The notes beneath the pieces were generated by a model. The model was not told the origin of the DNA. It saw only the letters and a list, made by a program, of their open reading frames with translations, and did not search any database. A stretch of DNA of 58,716 nucleotides, from positions 1-58,716 of the forward strand of contig JBJDXI010000054.1 of the NCBI GenBank assembly GCA_051866595.1, in the 5' to 3' direction. The translations under genes were made by a program, and so were the position numbers. Of this stretch, positions 1 through 10,109 are shown one piece after another (position 1 is the stretch's first letter; each line of letters opens with the position of its first letter). The DNA comes from Clostridia bacterium (GTDB lineage Bacteria > Bacillota > Dehalobacteriia > UBA7702).

Positions 1-309
1 GACCTGAGCGATGCCTTTGGAGGCTTCCGCCGCGACAAAATCAAAATGAGGTGTCGCGCCGCGGATTACGGCACCGAGACAGATCACGGCATCGTAGTCA
101 TCTTTTTCCGCCAAAGCTTTGGCAACAACGGGAATTTCAAAAGCGCCGGGAACACGGTAAAGGTCAATATCATCTCCATCCACACCGTGGCGAAGCAAAG
201 CGTCTTCCGCCCCTTCAATCAGTTTTGAGGTAATAAACTCATTAAAACGTGCCGCGACGATGGCGATTTTCAAATTTTTTCCGATTAAATTCGCTTCAAT
301 TGTTTTCAT
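1..309 (-). CDS. ribH: 6,7-dimethyl-8-ribityllumazine synthase, N-terminal ~103 codons; 3' end lies beyond the left edge
   Basis: Absent from the ORF track because there is no stop in the window. Reverse-complement translation from ATG at 309 gives [103 protein letters not shown]. This carries the canonical lumazine synthase motifs [16 protein letters not shown] and GAVIRGxTxHFD. The start overlaps the ribBA stop by 14 nt. It is the last gene in the ribD-E-BA-H order. Confidence 0.9.
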   Translation of the reverse strand, partial: MKTIEANLIGKNLKIAIVAARFNEFITSKLIEGAEDALLRHGVDGDDIDLYRVPGAFEIPVVAKALAEKDDYDAVICLGAVIRGATPHFDFVAAEASKGIAQV

Positions 310-1522
310 AATCTTTCTCCTTTTCATTCATTGATAAAATATGTCCCATCTTTTCTTTTTTGGTTTCCATATAGAAAAGATTATCGCTGTTCGGTTCAAT
401 ATCCAAAGCCACCCGCTCGGTAATTTCAATGCCGTAATCCGAAAGATCATGAATCTTCTGGGGATTATTCGTCAGCAGGCGAAGCTTATGTACGCCGAGG
501 TCTGTGAGAATCTGGCTCCCGGCACTGTAATCCCTTAAATCAGGCGGAAAACCGAGTTCAATATTGGCTTCCACCGTATCGAGGCCCTGATCCTGAAGAG
601 CATAAGCTTTGATCTTATTGATCAGACCAATCCCCCGTCCTTCCTGCCGCAGATAAACGAGGACACCACGGCCCTCTTTGCCGATGGCTTTCATGGCGGC
701 GTCCAGCTGCTGACCGCAGTCACAGCGGCGGGAACCAAACACATCACCTGTGAGACATTCCGAATGGACACGACAGAGCACGGGATCACCGTTGTCAATG
801 TCGCCCAAGGCCAAAGCCACATGGTGTTCCTTATTGATACGGTTAATGTAACCGTAAATTTTAAAATGACCGTACCGGGTCGGCATATCCGCTTCGGTAA
901 TGCGGTCCATAAACCGGTCGTGTATCTTGCGGTAACGTTGTAAATCTTTAATGGAAATCATAGTCATGCCGTTTCTTTCCGCGAAGTCCATCATTTCCGT
1001 TTTCCGCATCATGGTACCGTCTTCCCGCATCACTTCACAGCAAAGGCCGATCTGAGTGAGTCCCGCCAGACGAAGAAGATCCACCGTCGCTTCGGTATGG
1101 CCGTTGCGCTCCAGAACGCCGCCGGGCTTTGCTTCCAAGGGAAACATATGCCCCGGCCGCCGGAAATCACTGGGCCGCGCCGTATCTTTCGCCGCTTCCA
1201 TCGCCGTCACCGAGCGCTCCGCGGCGGAAATTCCCGTCGTGGTGCGAACATGATCGATCGATTCGGTAAACGCCGTTTCATGATTATCGGTATTGTGCTC
1301 CACCATGGGCCGCAATCCGAGACGGCGGATATGCTCACTGCTCATTGGCATACAAATCAACCCTTTGGCCTCCGATGCCATGCGGTTGACATTTTCTGTT
1401 GTCGCAAATTCCGCCGCGCAGATCATATCCCCTTCATTTTCCCTGTCGGGATCATCGGTTACAAGAATGATCTTACCGGCCTTTAAATCCGCAATGGCCT
1501 TTTCGATACTTTGAAAACTCAT
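296..1522 (-). CDS. ribBA: bifunctional 3,4-dihydroxy-2-butanone-4-phosphate synthase / GTP cyclohydrolase II
   Basis: 408 aa. The N-terminal half has DHBP synthase motifs ([20 protein letters not shown]). The C-terminal half has the GTP cyclohydrolase II zinc motif ([21 protein letters not shown]) and EGRGIGL. Confidence 0.95.
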   Translation of the reverse strand: MSFQSIEKAIADLKAGKIILVTDDPDRENEGDMICAAEFATTENVNRMASEAKGLICMPMSSEHIRRLGLRPMVEHNTDNHETAFTESIDHVRTTTGISAAERSVTAMEAAKDTARPSDFRRPGHMFPLEAKPGGVLERNGHTEATVDLLRLAGLTQIGLCCEVMREDGTMMRKTEMMDFAERNGMTMISIKDLQRYRKIHDRFMDRITEADMPTRYGHFKIYGYINRINKEHHVALALGDIDNGDPVLCRVHSECLTGDVFGSRRCDCGQQLDAAMKAIGKEGRGVLVYLRQEGRGIGLINKIKAYALQDQGLDTVEANIELGFPPDLRDYSAGSQILTDLGVHKLRLLTNNPQKIHDLSDYGIEITERVALDIEPNSDNLFYMETKKEKMGHILSMNEKEKDYENN

Positions 1523-1541
1523 GCTACCTCCTCCTATTGTG

Positions 1542-2189
1542 TTACATAAAACCTTTTTCGGCGAGAAAATCCATTGTAATGGTATCTGATGAATTGTCCG
1601 CCGATTCTGTCACGTATTTTTTGACATATTTTCCGATGACATCCGTTTCAATATTGATGGGATCACCGATTCCTTTTTCCCGCATATTGGTGACAGTTCT
1701 CGTATGGGGAATGAGGGATACGGAAAAAGCGGTATCTGTCACCTCAACAACGGTGAGACTGATGCCGTCCAGCGCAACGGAGCCTTTAGGTACGATACCG
1801 TCCAGGAGCTCTTTGGACGCTGCGATGGTAAAAATCACGGCAATCTCGTTTTCCTGAATTTTCAGTATCATCCCGGTACCGTCAATATGGCCACTGACAA
1901 TATGGCCGCCGAATCGTCCATTTGCCGCCATTGCCCGCTCCAGATTCACCACGGAACCGTTTTTCAGCTGTCTCAGCGACGTTTTATCCATTGTTTCGGG
2001 CATCACGTCAACAGTAAATTCCGATCCGGAAAAAAACGTCACCGTCAGACAGATACCGTTTACGGCAATACTGTCGCCAATGTGAATATCTTCCATGATC
2101 CGCTGACAGGAAACGGTCAGCGACGCACTAAGCGAATGGCGTCGGATGGATTCAATCCTTCCTGTTTCCTCAATAATTCCTGTAAACAT
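1542..2189 (-). CDS. ribE: riboflavin synthase alpha chain
   Basis: 215 aa with the canonical MFTGIIE start. Two lumazine-binding repeats are present ([13 protein letters not shown] and [12 protein letters not shown]). GGAG lies 8 nt upstream of the ATG. Confidence 0.95.
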   Translation of the reverse strand: MFTGIIEETGRIESIRRHSLSASLTVSCQRIMEDIHIGDSIAVNGICLTVTFFSGSEFTVDVMPETMDKTSLRQLKNGSVVNLERAMAANGRFGGHIVSGHIDGTGMILKIQENEIAVIFTIAASKELLDGIVPKGSVALDGISLTVVEVTDTAFSVSLIPHTRTVTNMREKGIGDPINIETDVIGKYVKKYVTESADNSSDTITMDFLAEKGFM

Positions 2190-3295
2190 AATTCCACTCC
2201 GTTTTTATTCTTATACAAAATATGAATATCCTCCCCACTTTTTTCACATTGGGAAACGCTGTTCAATGAAATCATCGTTCCGGTCTCTCCGTGAAATAGG
2301 GGAATCCCTTTGTCTCCCATAAATTTCGGCGCGATAAAACAATGATATTCATCCCAAAGATCCTGTTTGATGAAGCGCGATAATGTATCGGCGCCGCCTT
2401 CCACCAGAACACCGCAGATACCGCGTTCCAGCAAATCCACGGAAAGCCGCAAAAGGTCAATCCCGTCTTTCCCGCCGGGGAGAGCCGCAATACTGCCACC
2501 CTTATCTTCAATTTTCTTCCGCAGCGCCGAAGACACATCATCAGAAGTGTAAATCAAAATCGGTTCTTTTCCACCGTTCAACAGTTTTCCTGTAACGGGC
2601 AGTCGCAAATGAGGGTCAATCACGATTCTTACCGGGCGGTCATCCGGATGGGGAATATCATAACGAATATTGAGCCGCGGATCATCCTTTTCCACCGTCC
2701 GCCGGCCCACAAGAACCGCGCCGTAATCACGGCGCAAAAGATGCCCGCGTTTTCTCGATTCCTCACAGGTAATGGAAACCGGCGTGCCATCCTCAGGGCC
2801 GATTCTGCCATCCAATGTTTGGGCGGATTTCAGAGCGATAAAAGCGCGTTTCTTTACCTGGTTGGTGAGAAAAACCCGGTTCTGATGGATTGCTTCTTCC
2901 CGCAAAAGCCCGGTATGAACCTTAATCCCGGCTTCTTTCAATATTTCAATTCCTTTCCCGTTTACGAGAGGATTGGAGTCTTCCAAAGCAATGAACACCT
3001 CTTTAATGCCGGCTCTCACCAGCGCTTTGGCGCAGGGAGGCGTTTTTCCGTAATGAGAGCAGGGCTCCAACGTTACGTACATCGTCGCGCCCATGGCGTG
3101 CTGCAAAGCGTTGGAAAGAGCGTTCACTTCGGCATGGGGGGTACCCGCTTTTTTATGATACCCTTCTCCCACGATTTTACCGTCTTTGACAATTACCGCG
3201 CCGACCAGGGGATTCGGTTCGGTAAAACCCCGGGCTTTTTCCGCCAGTTCCAATGCCCTCCGCATATAAGCAACCTGTTCCGACGTAAATTCCAT
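2117..3295 (-). CDS. ribD: bifunctional diaminohydroxyphosphoribosylaminopyrimidine deaminase / 5-amino-6-(5-phosphoribosylamino)uracil reductase
   Basis: Has the CMP/dCMP-type deaminase zinc motif (HAEVNAL ... PCSHYGKTPPC) followed by the RibD C-terminal reductase domain. Start set at ATG 3295 (MEFTSEQ) with GGAGG just upstream. The ORF-track start at 3325 is a TTG inside the riboswitch terminator loop. The 3' end overlaps ribE by 73 nt. Confidence 0.93.
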   Translation of the reverse strand: MEFTSEQVAYMRRALELAEKARGFTEPNPLVGAVIVKDGKIVGEGYHKKAGTPHAEVNALSNALQHAMGATMYVTLEPCSHYGKTPPCAKALVRAGIKEVFIALEDSNPLVNGKGIEILKEAGIKVHTGLLREEAIHQNRVFLTNQVKKRAFIALKSAQTLDGRIGPEDGTPVSITCEESRKRGHLLRRDYGAVLVGRRTVEKDDPRLNIRYDIPHPDDRPVRIVIDPHLRLPVTGKLLNGGKEPILIYTSDDVSSALRKKIEDKGGSIAALPGGKDGIDLLRLSVDLLERGICGVLVEGGADTLSRFIKQDLWDEYHCFIAPKFMGDKGIPLFHGETGTMISLNSVSQCEKSGEDIHILYKNKNGVELCLQELLRKQEGLNPSDAIRLVRR

Positions 3296-3306
3296 ATCCC
3301 CTCCAT

Positions 3307-3338
3307 AAAAAAATCCCCATATCAAAGATACGGGGATA
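3307..3338 (-). terminator. intrinsic terminator (expression platform of the FMN riboswitch)
   Basis: Minus-strand RNA is AUCCCCGUAUC-UUU-GAUAUGGGGAU, an 11-bp stem, followed by U7. It lies immediately before the ribD SD/ATG. Confidence 0.85.
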
Positions 3339-3350
3339 TATTTTCATACA

Positions 3351-3462
3351 GATTCTTCTCTCGTCCAGACTTTACTGTCGGCTTCGGAATCACACCGAAT
3401 CAGCCACCAGGGCTCGCGGGCTATACCGCCGGTACGGAATTTCACCGTCCCCGAAGATCTTC
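3351..3462 (-). promoter_or_regulatory. FMN riboswitch (RFN element, Rfam RF00050) aptamer
   Basis: The minus-strand sequence is gaagaucuucggggacggugaaauuccguaccggcgguauagcccgcgagccc..gguggcugauucggugugauuccgaagccgacaguaaagucuggacgagagaag. It matches the conserved RFN cores (GGUGAAAUUCC, ACCGGCGGUA, AGCCCG, GAAGCCGACAGU, AAGUCUGGA) and sits directly upstream of ribD. Confidence 0.95.
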
Positions 3463-3475
3463 TATTGTCATTTAG

Positions 3476-3504
3476 AATATAGCATATTTATTTTTTCATG
3501 TCAA
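3476..3504 (-). promoter_or_regulatory. sigma-A type promoter of the rib operon
   Basis: Minus strand reads TTGACA (3504-3499), a 17-nt spacer, then TATATT (3481-3476) preceded by TGc. The -35 lies inside the last codons of rpe. The predicted transcription start is just upstream of the riboswitch. Confidence 0.65.
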
Positions 3505-4156
3505 TATCGAGAGAAGTATAATACCGTACTTCTTCCGAAATGTTTTCCGCGCCGAATACCGCCGTACCGGCAACCAAAACTTCCACACCATGCTGAACAG
3601 CCTGAATAGCGGTATTACGATTGATTCCGCCGTCGATCTCAATGAGATAACGATGTCCGTTTTCTTCTTTTTCCTTTTTCAGCCAGTCAGCTTTTTCCAG
3701 CATATCCGTCATAAAGGACTGCCCACCAAAACCGGGTTCCACGCTCATAACAAGAACAAGATCCAATTGAGAAAGATACGGCCGCAGCAGCTCGACATCG
3801 GTTTTCGGCTTTACGGAAATACCGCATTTCATTCCGGCCTTTTTAATTCGCTCCATCAAAAGATGGGGATCATCCACAGCTTCCAGATGGAACGTAAAGT
3901 AATCCGCGCCGGCCTTGGCGAAAGGTTCCACATACGTTTCGGGATGCTCCACCATAAAGTGGGCGTCAAAAACCATACGGCTCAACGGACGCAGGCATTT
4001 TACAACGCCGGATCCAAAAGTTAAATTCGGAACAAAATGAAAATCCATAATATCCAAATGCAGCCACTGAGCCCCGGCTTCCTCCACCTGAGCCACTTGT
4101 CGGTCAAGGCAGCTGAAATCCGCAGCCAACAAGGAAGGAGATAAAATTACAGCCAT
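3488..4156 (-). CDS. rpe: ribulose-phosphate 3-epimerase
   Basis: 222 aa with SPSLLAADF, HLDIMDFHFVPN, MSVEPGFGGQ and IEIDGGIN motifs, typical of Rpe. It shares 1 nt with the rsgA stop. Confidence 0.95.
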   Translation of the reverse strand: MAVILSPSLLAADFSCLDRQVAQVEEAGAQWLHLDIMDFHFVPNLTFGSGVVKCLRPLSRMVFDAHFMVEHPETYVEPFAKAGADYFTFHLEAVDDPHLLMERIKKAGMKCGISVKPKTDVELLRPYLSQLDLVLVMSVEPGFGGQSFMTDMLEKADWLKKEKEENGHRYLIEIDGGINRNTAIQAVQHGVEVLVAGTAVFGAENISEEVRYYTSLDIDMKK

Positions 4157-5055
4157 CAGTATTTCCTTTCTCTCTCTTTCAACTCTTCCAAAAATACACA
4201 GTAACGTTCATATCGTCCGCGGTCGATCGAGCCATCGGCCACATCGTTTTTCACTTCACAGTCTCTTTCCTTAAAATGAAGACAGCCGGTAAAAGGACAG
4301 TATGCCGCGGCCTCTTCAAATTCCGGATAGAAACGTTCCAAATCCTCTTTTTGGATATTTTCCGGCAGATTCAGGGAAGAAAAACCGGGAGTATCCGCGA
4401 TATAGGTTTCCGGAGCGACGGAAAGCAGCTCCACTTTGCGGGTTGTATGCCGGCCCCGATCCGTCTTCTTGCTCAAACCACCGGTTTCCAGATCATAACC
4501 CAAATCAAGAGCATTGATAATGCTGCTTTTGCCCACACCAGAAGGTCCGGCCAATATGGATATTTTTCCCGCCAGCGCTTCTTTGATCGCGTCAATCCCC
4601 TGCTTCTGGCCGGCGGAAACACCCAGAACGGTAAATCCGGCGTCAATATAGGGTTTCATTACCGCCTCCGCGGTTTCATCATCCACCAGATCCCGCTTAT
4701 TAAAGCAGAGCACAGGCTTGATGTTCTGCGCCAGAACCTGAATAAGAATTCGGTCCAGAAGCAGATAATCCGGTTCCGGATTGGTAAAAGCGAACGTAAT
4801 CAATGCGGTTTCAACGTTAGCAACAGCAGGACGAACCAATCGGTTCGTCCTGTCCAGTACGTTTTCAATCACGCCTTTAGGATATTCCAGTTTCGTAAAT
4901 TCCACACGATCCCCGGGAAGAAAATCCTGTTTCTTTACGCGGAACCGTCCCCGCAGAAAACAGGTCCATAAAGTTCCCTCGGCGGCAACATAATAAAAGC
5001 CGTTATATCCTTTGATCAATAAACCTTCTGTTTTGTTGTCCTTCAAAGAACTCAT
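4156..5055 (-). CDS. rsgA: ribosome small-subunit-dependent GTPase A (circularly permuted GTPase)
   Basis: 299 aa. The G motifs are in permuted order (NKRDL ... GPSGVGKSSIINAL ... DTPGF) and there is a C-terminal zinc-finger Cys/His cluster (CPFTGCLHFKERDC). Conserved position after prkC. Confidence 0.93.
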   Translation of the reverse strand: MSSLKDNKTEGLLIKGYNGFYYVAAEGTLWTCFLRGRFRVKKQDFLPGDRVEFTKLEYPKGVIENVLDRTNRLVRPAVANVETALITFAFTNPEPDYLLLDRILIQVLAQNIKPVLCFNKRDLVDDETAEAVMKPYIDAGFTVLGVSAGQKQGIDAIKEALAGKISILAGPSGVGKSSIINALDLGYDLETGGLSKKTDRGRHTTRKVELLSVAPETYIADTPGFSSLNLPENIQKEDLERFYPEFEEAAAYCPFTGCLHFKERDCEVKNDVADGSIDRGRYERYCVFLEELKERERKY

Positions 5056-6884
5056 TCTTTTTCCCCTGCGTCAGCGGGATTATCCGGGGTTGTCGGTTCC
5101 GTAGGTGTAGTGCCGGGATCCGGATTGGACGGTTCAGGATTATCCGGTTTTTTCTCGGGACCTTTCGAAATCTTAATATTAATCACCGTATCCGGAGCCA
5201 CTTTTTCACCGGAACCGTAATTCTGATACATGACATAACCGGCGGCATAACTGTCGCTGTATTCATACGAAGTAATGCTGTATCTCAAATTCACCGCGGA
5301 AAGCTTGGCAATGGCGTCATCTTTGGTGAGACCGGTCACATTAGGCACGGTAACATCTTCTTCACCGGTGCTGACAACGATAATAACGGTTTCCCCTTTC
5401 GCCAGCTTCTGACCGCCGCTGGGAGATTGACGAATCACCTTTCCCTTTTCCACATCAGAGGAATTTTCTTCCTTCACTTCCACTTTGAACCCGGCATTTT
5501 CCAGCATAACGGTGGCGGCATCTTCCGTTTTGTCTTTCACATCGGGAACTTCCACCGCATCGGAACCGACAGAAACGGTAAGTTCAATAATTTTACCTTC
5601 CTTCACCTTGGTTCCGGCTTCAATGCTCTGATCAATGACATATCCGGGATCGTATTCGTCGCTTTCGGATTCGATAATTTTATATTTCAGATTCAACGCT
5701 TCCAATTCGGAAACCGCCTGATCCTGTTTCATTCCGACGACCTGAGGCACAACAACTTCTTCACCGGAAGTGATTTTATTGATCAGCGCAAAGCCGCCGG
5801 CAGCGAAAAGAACGATGGCCAACGCCACAATAACAATGGCGATCACCAGTTTTTTATTGCTCTTTTCCTTTTTCTTTTTGCGGCTGCTCCGCCCACGGTC
5901 GGAATCGGTATCCCTGTTCTGCCGGGAAGAATTCCGGTCTCTCCGTGAGGAGCGGCGTTCTTCATAATCATCGTAATTTTCCGAATCGTTGACAGCAGCA
6001 CGGGTTCTCGTTTTCTGCGGTTTTGAGCCCGATGTCATCTGGATGGGCGTCAGAATCACATCGTATTCATCCGCGGCAGTTTCGATATCCCCCATCATGA
6101 TCTGGGTATTGCGGTAGCGATCCGCAGGATCCACCGACATGGCTTTATCCACAATGCGGGCAACCTCATAGGGAATATCCTCATCAATTTCATCGATGGG
6201 AGTGTAATCACCTTCCACGTGCTGTAACGCGATGGTAATCGGGCTGTCTCCGGTGTAGGGAAGCTGGCAGGTCAGCATTTCATATAAAACGATACCCGTC
6301 GAGTAAATATCTACCCGGGCGTCACCGGAGCCTTTTTGAGCGATTTCCGGCGCGATATAATAAACCGATCCGAACACGCTGGTATCATAAGTAATCGTGG
6401 TGTCCGTGAGATTCATCGCCAGACCGAAATCCATGATTTTGACCTGACCTTCCGGCGTAATCATAATATTCTGCGGCTTAATATCACGATGGATAACACC
6501 GTAAGAATGAGCATGATTCAGACCGGCAAGAATCTGGTGGACATAATCGAGAGAACGGTCCAAAGAAAGAGGCCCCATCTTATTGATGATTTCTTTCAGC
6601 GTTTTCCCTTCCACATATTCCATAATCAAATAAGGTTCGCCTTCATCACTGCATCCGACGTCATAGACGCTGACGATGTTCGGATGAGACAGCGCCGCGA
6701 TGGCCTGCGCTTCTTTACGAAAACGCATAACAAACTTCTGATTTGATGTAAACTGCTCCTGAAGGATTTTGACAGTTACTTCCCGATTTAAAACTGTGTC
6801 GATGGCCTTATAGACAACGGCGGTGCCGCCGCTGCCGAGTTTCGCCACAATCTGATAACGATCCATAAAATTTCTACCGATCAT
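5052..6884 (-). CDS. prkC: Ser/Thr protein kinase with three PASTA repeats (PrkC/PknB type)
   Basis: Hanks kinase motifs are present (GSGGTAVVYKA, HRDIKPQN, DFG). A basic low-complexity linker and one TM segment (LVIAIVIVALAIVLFAAGGFALI) follow. Three PASTA units begin VVPQVVG, VEVPDV and VTVPNV. The C-terminal tail is Pro/Thr-rich. GGGGTG lies 5 nt before the ATG. Confidence 0.93.
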   Translation of the reverse strand: MIGRNFMDRYQIVAKLGSGGTAVVYKAIDTVLNREVTVKILQEQFTSNQKFVMRFRKEAQAIAALSHPNIVSVYDVGCSDEGEPYLIMEYVEGKTLKEIINKMGPLSLDRSLDYVHQILAGLNHAHSYGVIHRDIKPQNIMITPEGQVKIMDFGLAMNLTDTTITYDTSVFGSVYYIAPEIAQKGSGDARVDIYSTGIVLYEMLTCQLPYTGDSPITIALQHVEGDYTPIDEIDEDIPYEVARIVDKAMSVDPADRYRNTQIMMGDIETAADEYDVILTPIQMTSGSKPQKTRTRAAVNDSENYDDYEERRSSRRDRNSSRQNRDTDSDRGRSSRKKKKEKSNKKLVIAIVIVALAIVLFAAGGFALINKITSGEEVVVPQVVGMKQDQAVSELEALNLKYKIIESESDEYDPGYVIDQSIEAGTKVKEGKIIELTVSVGSDAVEVPDVKDKTEDAATVMLENAGFKVEVKEENSSDVEKGKVIRQSPSGGQKLAKGETVIIVVSTGEEDVTVPNVTGLTKDDAIAKLSAVNLRYSITSYEYSDSYAAGYVMYQNYGSGEKVAPDTVINIKISKGPEKKPDNPEPSNPDPGTTPTEPTTPDNPADAGEKE

Positions 6885-6897
6885 TATTTCACCCCAA

Positions 6898-7614
6898 TTA
6901 CAATTTTTTCGCGAGGATGGCGGTCAGATTATCTCTTCCCTTTCGATCCAATACTTTCTTTACCAGCAAATTCAATGATTGTTCCAAATGATTACTGTTT
7001 TTGATGATACCGGCAATTTTCTTATCATCCAAATACCCGGAAATGCCGTCCGTACATAATAGATACAGATCGTCTTTCCTGGCCTCGCCGGTATAAAAAT
7101 CGATTTCAGAGAGGGGATTTCGCCCCAGAACTCTCGTCAGCATATTTTTTCCGGGATGATGCTGCGCGTCTTTCTTGGTGATCTGCCCGCTTTTCAACAA
7201 CTCGCCCACGAGATTATGATCGTTGGTCAGACGAGTCAGTTTTCCGCCGCGGCAGAGATACGCGCGGCTGTCGCCGACATGGCCGATATAGTAACGATCC
7301 TCATGAAAACAGAGAACTGTCAAAGTCGTTCCCATTTCCTTGTAATTCTCGTTACGTTTTGCCGCCGAGATAATTTCCTGATTACACATCATAAAAAGGT
7401 CTTTCAGATCCTGCTGATAAGTTTCTTCGGTTATACCCATATAATGCGTCTGGAAAATTTTAACGGCAATGGCACTGGCCACACGTCCGCCGGAATAACC
7501 ACCCATGCCGTCGGCCATCACCATCAGTTCTTTTCTTTCATCATAATAACAGGAATCATCATTATAATTCCTGTCATTACCAATATCTGTGATGGAGCGA
7601 ATCAGCATAGTCAT
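6898..7614 (-). CDS. prpC: PP2C-family Ser/Thr phosphatase
   Basis: 238 aa with the PP2C metal-binding motifs (NDDS, ADGMGG, TDG, DN) and the conserved pairing upstream of prkC. Confidence 0.9.
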   Translation of the reverse strand: MTMLIRSITDIGNDRNYNDDSCYYDERKELMVMADGMGGYSGGRVASAIAVKIFQTHYMGITEETYQQDLKDLFMMCNQEIISAAKRNENYKEMGTTLTVLCFHEDRYYIGHVGDSRAYLCRGGKLTRLTNDHNLVGELLKSGQITKKDAQHHPGKNMLTRVLGRNPLSEIDFYTGEARKDDLYLLCTDGISGYLDDKKIAGIIKNSNHLEQSLNLLVKKVLDRKGRDNLTAILAKKL

Positions 7615-7709
7615 TTCAATACAAACTTTCCCAAAATAATTATCACTACCAAGATAGCACTATTTTATCATTTTTTCAAGTAGATTTCGTGCGCATTTGG
7701 AAAAATTAA

Positions 7710-8762
7710 TTAATTTTTAATCTTTTGATATTTCGCCCTCAGCTGACCGCAGGCACCGTCAATATCGCGTCCTTTGGATTCCCGGATACTCACCGGTATG
7801 TGAAGATTCTCCAGATATTCCTGAAAACGGCAAATCCGGTCGGGAGAAGATTCCTTGAGATCCGTTCCCTCCACGGGATTACCGGGAACAAGATTAACAT
7901 GAAACAAAGAATCTTTCAGCAGACGTCCCAGGGATTCTGCGTCTTCCCTTCGGTCGTTTACATGGTCAAAAAGGGCATATTCTATAGTTACTCTGCGTCC
8001 CGTCCGGGAAATATACTCCCCTAAAGCGGGCATCAGAACGGAAAGCGGATACTTCTTGTTGATTGGCATCAGTTTGCTCCGAAGCTCATCTTCGGCTCCG
8101 TGCAGTGAAACGGCCAGCGTCAACTGAAGATTTTCTTTCGCCAGACGCTGAATTTCAGGCACAAGGCCGCAGGTCGAAACCGAAATCCGCCGCATCCCGA
8201 TTTCCTTCGCGTCATTCAATATACGAATGCTTTTTAAAACGGCGTCATAATTTGCCAGAGGCTCCCCCATTCCCATATAAACAACATTGGAAACGGGCGG
8301 CTCACCCCGGCGCCGTAAAAAATCATTGGCGAAATTCACCTGATCTACAATCTCACCAGCGGAAAGATTGCGCCGGAATCCCCCCTGCCCTGTCGCGCAG
8401 AATTTACATCCCATGGCGCATCCCGCTTGTGTGCTCACACACAACGTATTGCGGTCCCTGGCCTTTTTCCGACTGTATCGCATCAATACCGTTTCAATAT
8501 ATTCTTCACCGAATCGCAAAAGAAATTTTACGGTTTCAGCGTTTTCCGAAACGGATTCCGTCATTTTCTGACCGTGGCGGATTTCGGTGTTTTCCTCTAA
8601 AAAGGCCCGAAAGTCCTTGGGCAGATTGGTCATTTCCTCAAAATGAAAGACTTCCTTTTTATGGCACCACTGATAGAGCTGTTTCCCTCGGAAAACGGGA
8701 AAACCGTGGTCAACGGCAAGTTGTTCCATTTCTTTTTGATCCATAGATAAAAGATCGGTCAT
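7710..8762 (-). CDS. rlmN: 23S rRNA/tRNA adenine-C2 methyltransferase (radical SAM)
   Basis: 350 aa with the radical-SAM CxxxCxxC motif (CAMGCKFCATG) and the C-terminal catalytic Cys context (GRDIDGACGQL). Conserved neighbourhood rsmB-rlmN-prpC. Confidence 0.93.
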   Translation of the reverse strand: MTDLLSMDQKEMEQLAVDHGFPVFRGKQLYQWCHKKEVFHFEEMTNLPKDFRAFLEENTEIRHGQKMTESVSENAETVKFLLRFGEEYIETVLMRYSRKKARDRNTLCVSTQAGCAMGCKFCATGQGGFRRNLSAGEIVDQVNFANDFLRRRGEPPVSNVVYMGMGEPLANYDAVLKSIRILNDAKEIGMRRISVSTCGLVPEIQRLAKENLQLTLAVSLHGAEDELRSKLMPINKKYPLSVLMPALGEYISRTGRRVTIEYALFDHVNDRREDAESLGRLLKDSLFHVNLVPGNPVEGTDLKESSPDRICRFQEYLENLHIPVSIRESKGRDIDGACGQLRAKYQKIKN

Positions 8763-10105
8763 TATACATCCTTTTTAAAACATGAAATAAAGAAACCATC
8801 GGTCTCATGAATGTAGGGAAGCAATTCCACTGTTCCCCAAGAGGCCTCTTTCTTCTCTTCTTCCGTCAGGCCGGAAAGTTTCCCGTCAAACGATTGAGGC
8901 TTCATATCGGGAAAAGTTTTTAAAAGCCATTCCGCCTGATTTCGATTTTCCTCATGACTCAGTGTACAGGTGGAATAAACAAGACGTCCGCCGGGTTTTA
9001 ACGCTTTGTATGCGGAAATCAATAATTTTCTCTGAACATCGGCAAGAGCGGAAATATCCTCTCCGTTCTTTCGCAGGCGGCTGTCGGAGCGGCGGTTTAA
9101 AACCCCCAATCCGGAGCAGGGAGCATCCAGAAGAATGGCGTCAAAAAAGCATGGATATTCTTCTCCCCACAAGGTTCCGTCTTTCTGTTCCGCCCGGATA
9201 ATGTCAATACCGAGACGGGAAGCGTTTTCCCGGATCAGATCTATTTTGTGGGCATGGAGGTCCGAAGCGTAGATCACGCCGCTGTTTTTCATTTCCTGGG
9301 CCAGATGCGTCGTCTTCCCTCCCGGGGCGGCGCACATATCCAGTACGGTTTCTCCGCTTTGAGGCCCAAGCACTTTTGCAACCAGCTGAGAAGATTCTTC
9401 CTGAACCGTAAAACAACTGCGTAGTTCCGCGGGAACTTTGCGCAGATCCGCGCCTTTTTTGGTACGCAGTGCGTCCACGCTGAGATTCCCTTCCAAAGTT
9501 TCAATACCACATTGATTCAATTTTTCTTTCAAGGAATTACGGTCCGTTTTTAATGTATTTACACGGAGCACAGGATAGCGTTCTTCATCAATACTGCGAA
9601 TCAGTTTTTCCGCAGTTTCACCGTCTCGTTCCTTTTTCCAGAAATCAACGAGCCAGAAGGGAACCGAAGCAAAAAAGGCCGTTTTTTCAGCCTCATCGGC
9701 AAAAGACGGCCAGATCAGCTCTTCTTTCTTCCGAAGGAGATTCCGCAAAATACCGTTGATCATTTTTCCCCAGCCGGGATTTCCTTTTTTCTTGCCTAAA
9801 TTCACGTATTCATTGACAACGGCATGAGATTTTACCGAAGTATAGAGAATTTCGTAAAACGCGGCGCGGAGAATGGTTTTGAGATACGCGTCTTTAGAAC
9901 GAACCGGCTTTTGCAAAAAAGATGTCAGCTGGTAATCAATGGGGGTCAGCCGATGCAATGTACCGTATACCAAATTTGTCACAAAGGCCCGGTCCCGGCG
10001 ATCTTCCATCCCCGAAAGCGACCGGTTCAATATAAGATTGGCGTAACCACCGTCCTCCAGAACGGAGTGAAGAATATCGGTGCTGATTTCTCGAGTTGTT
10101 TTCAT
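8762..10105 (-). CDS. rsmB: 16S rRNA (cytosine967-C5)-methyltransferase
   Basis: N-terminal NusB-like domain plus a SAM methyltransferase domain (DMCAAPGGKT, DAPCSGLG, TCTL). Start set at ATG 10105 (MKTTREI). The ORF-track start at 10129 is a TTG that overlaps the upstream gene. Confidence 0.9.
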   Translation of the reverse strand: MKTTREISTDILHSVLEDGGYANLILNRSLSGMEDRRDRAFVTNLVYGTLHRLTPIDYQLTSFLQKPVRSKDAYLKTILRAAFYEILYTSVKSHAVVNEYVNLGKKKGNPGWGKMINGILRNLLRKKEELIWPSFADEAEKTAFFASVPFWLVDFWKKERDGETAEKLIRSIDEERYPVLRVNTLKTDRNSLKEKLNQCGIETLEGNLSVDALRTKKGADLRKVPAELRSCFTVQEESSQLVAKVLGPQSGETVLDMCAAPGGKTTHLAQEMKNSGVIYASDLHAHKIDLIRENASRLGIDIIRAEQKDGTLWGEEYPCFFDAILLDAPCSGLGVLNRRSDSRLRKNGEDISALADVQRKLLISAYKALKPGGRLVYSTCTLSHEENRNQAEWLLKTFPDMKPQSFDGKLSGLTEEEKKEASWGTVELLPYIHETDGFFISCFKKDV

Positions 10106-10109
10106 AAAT

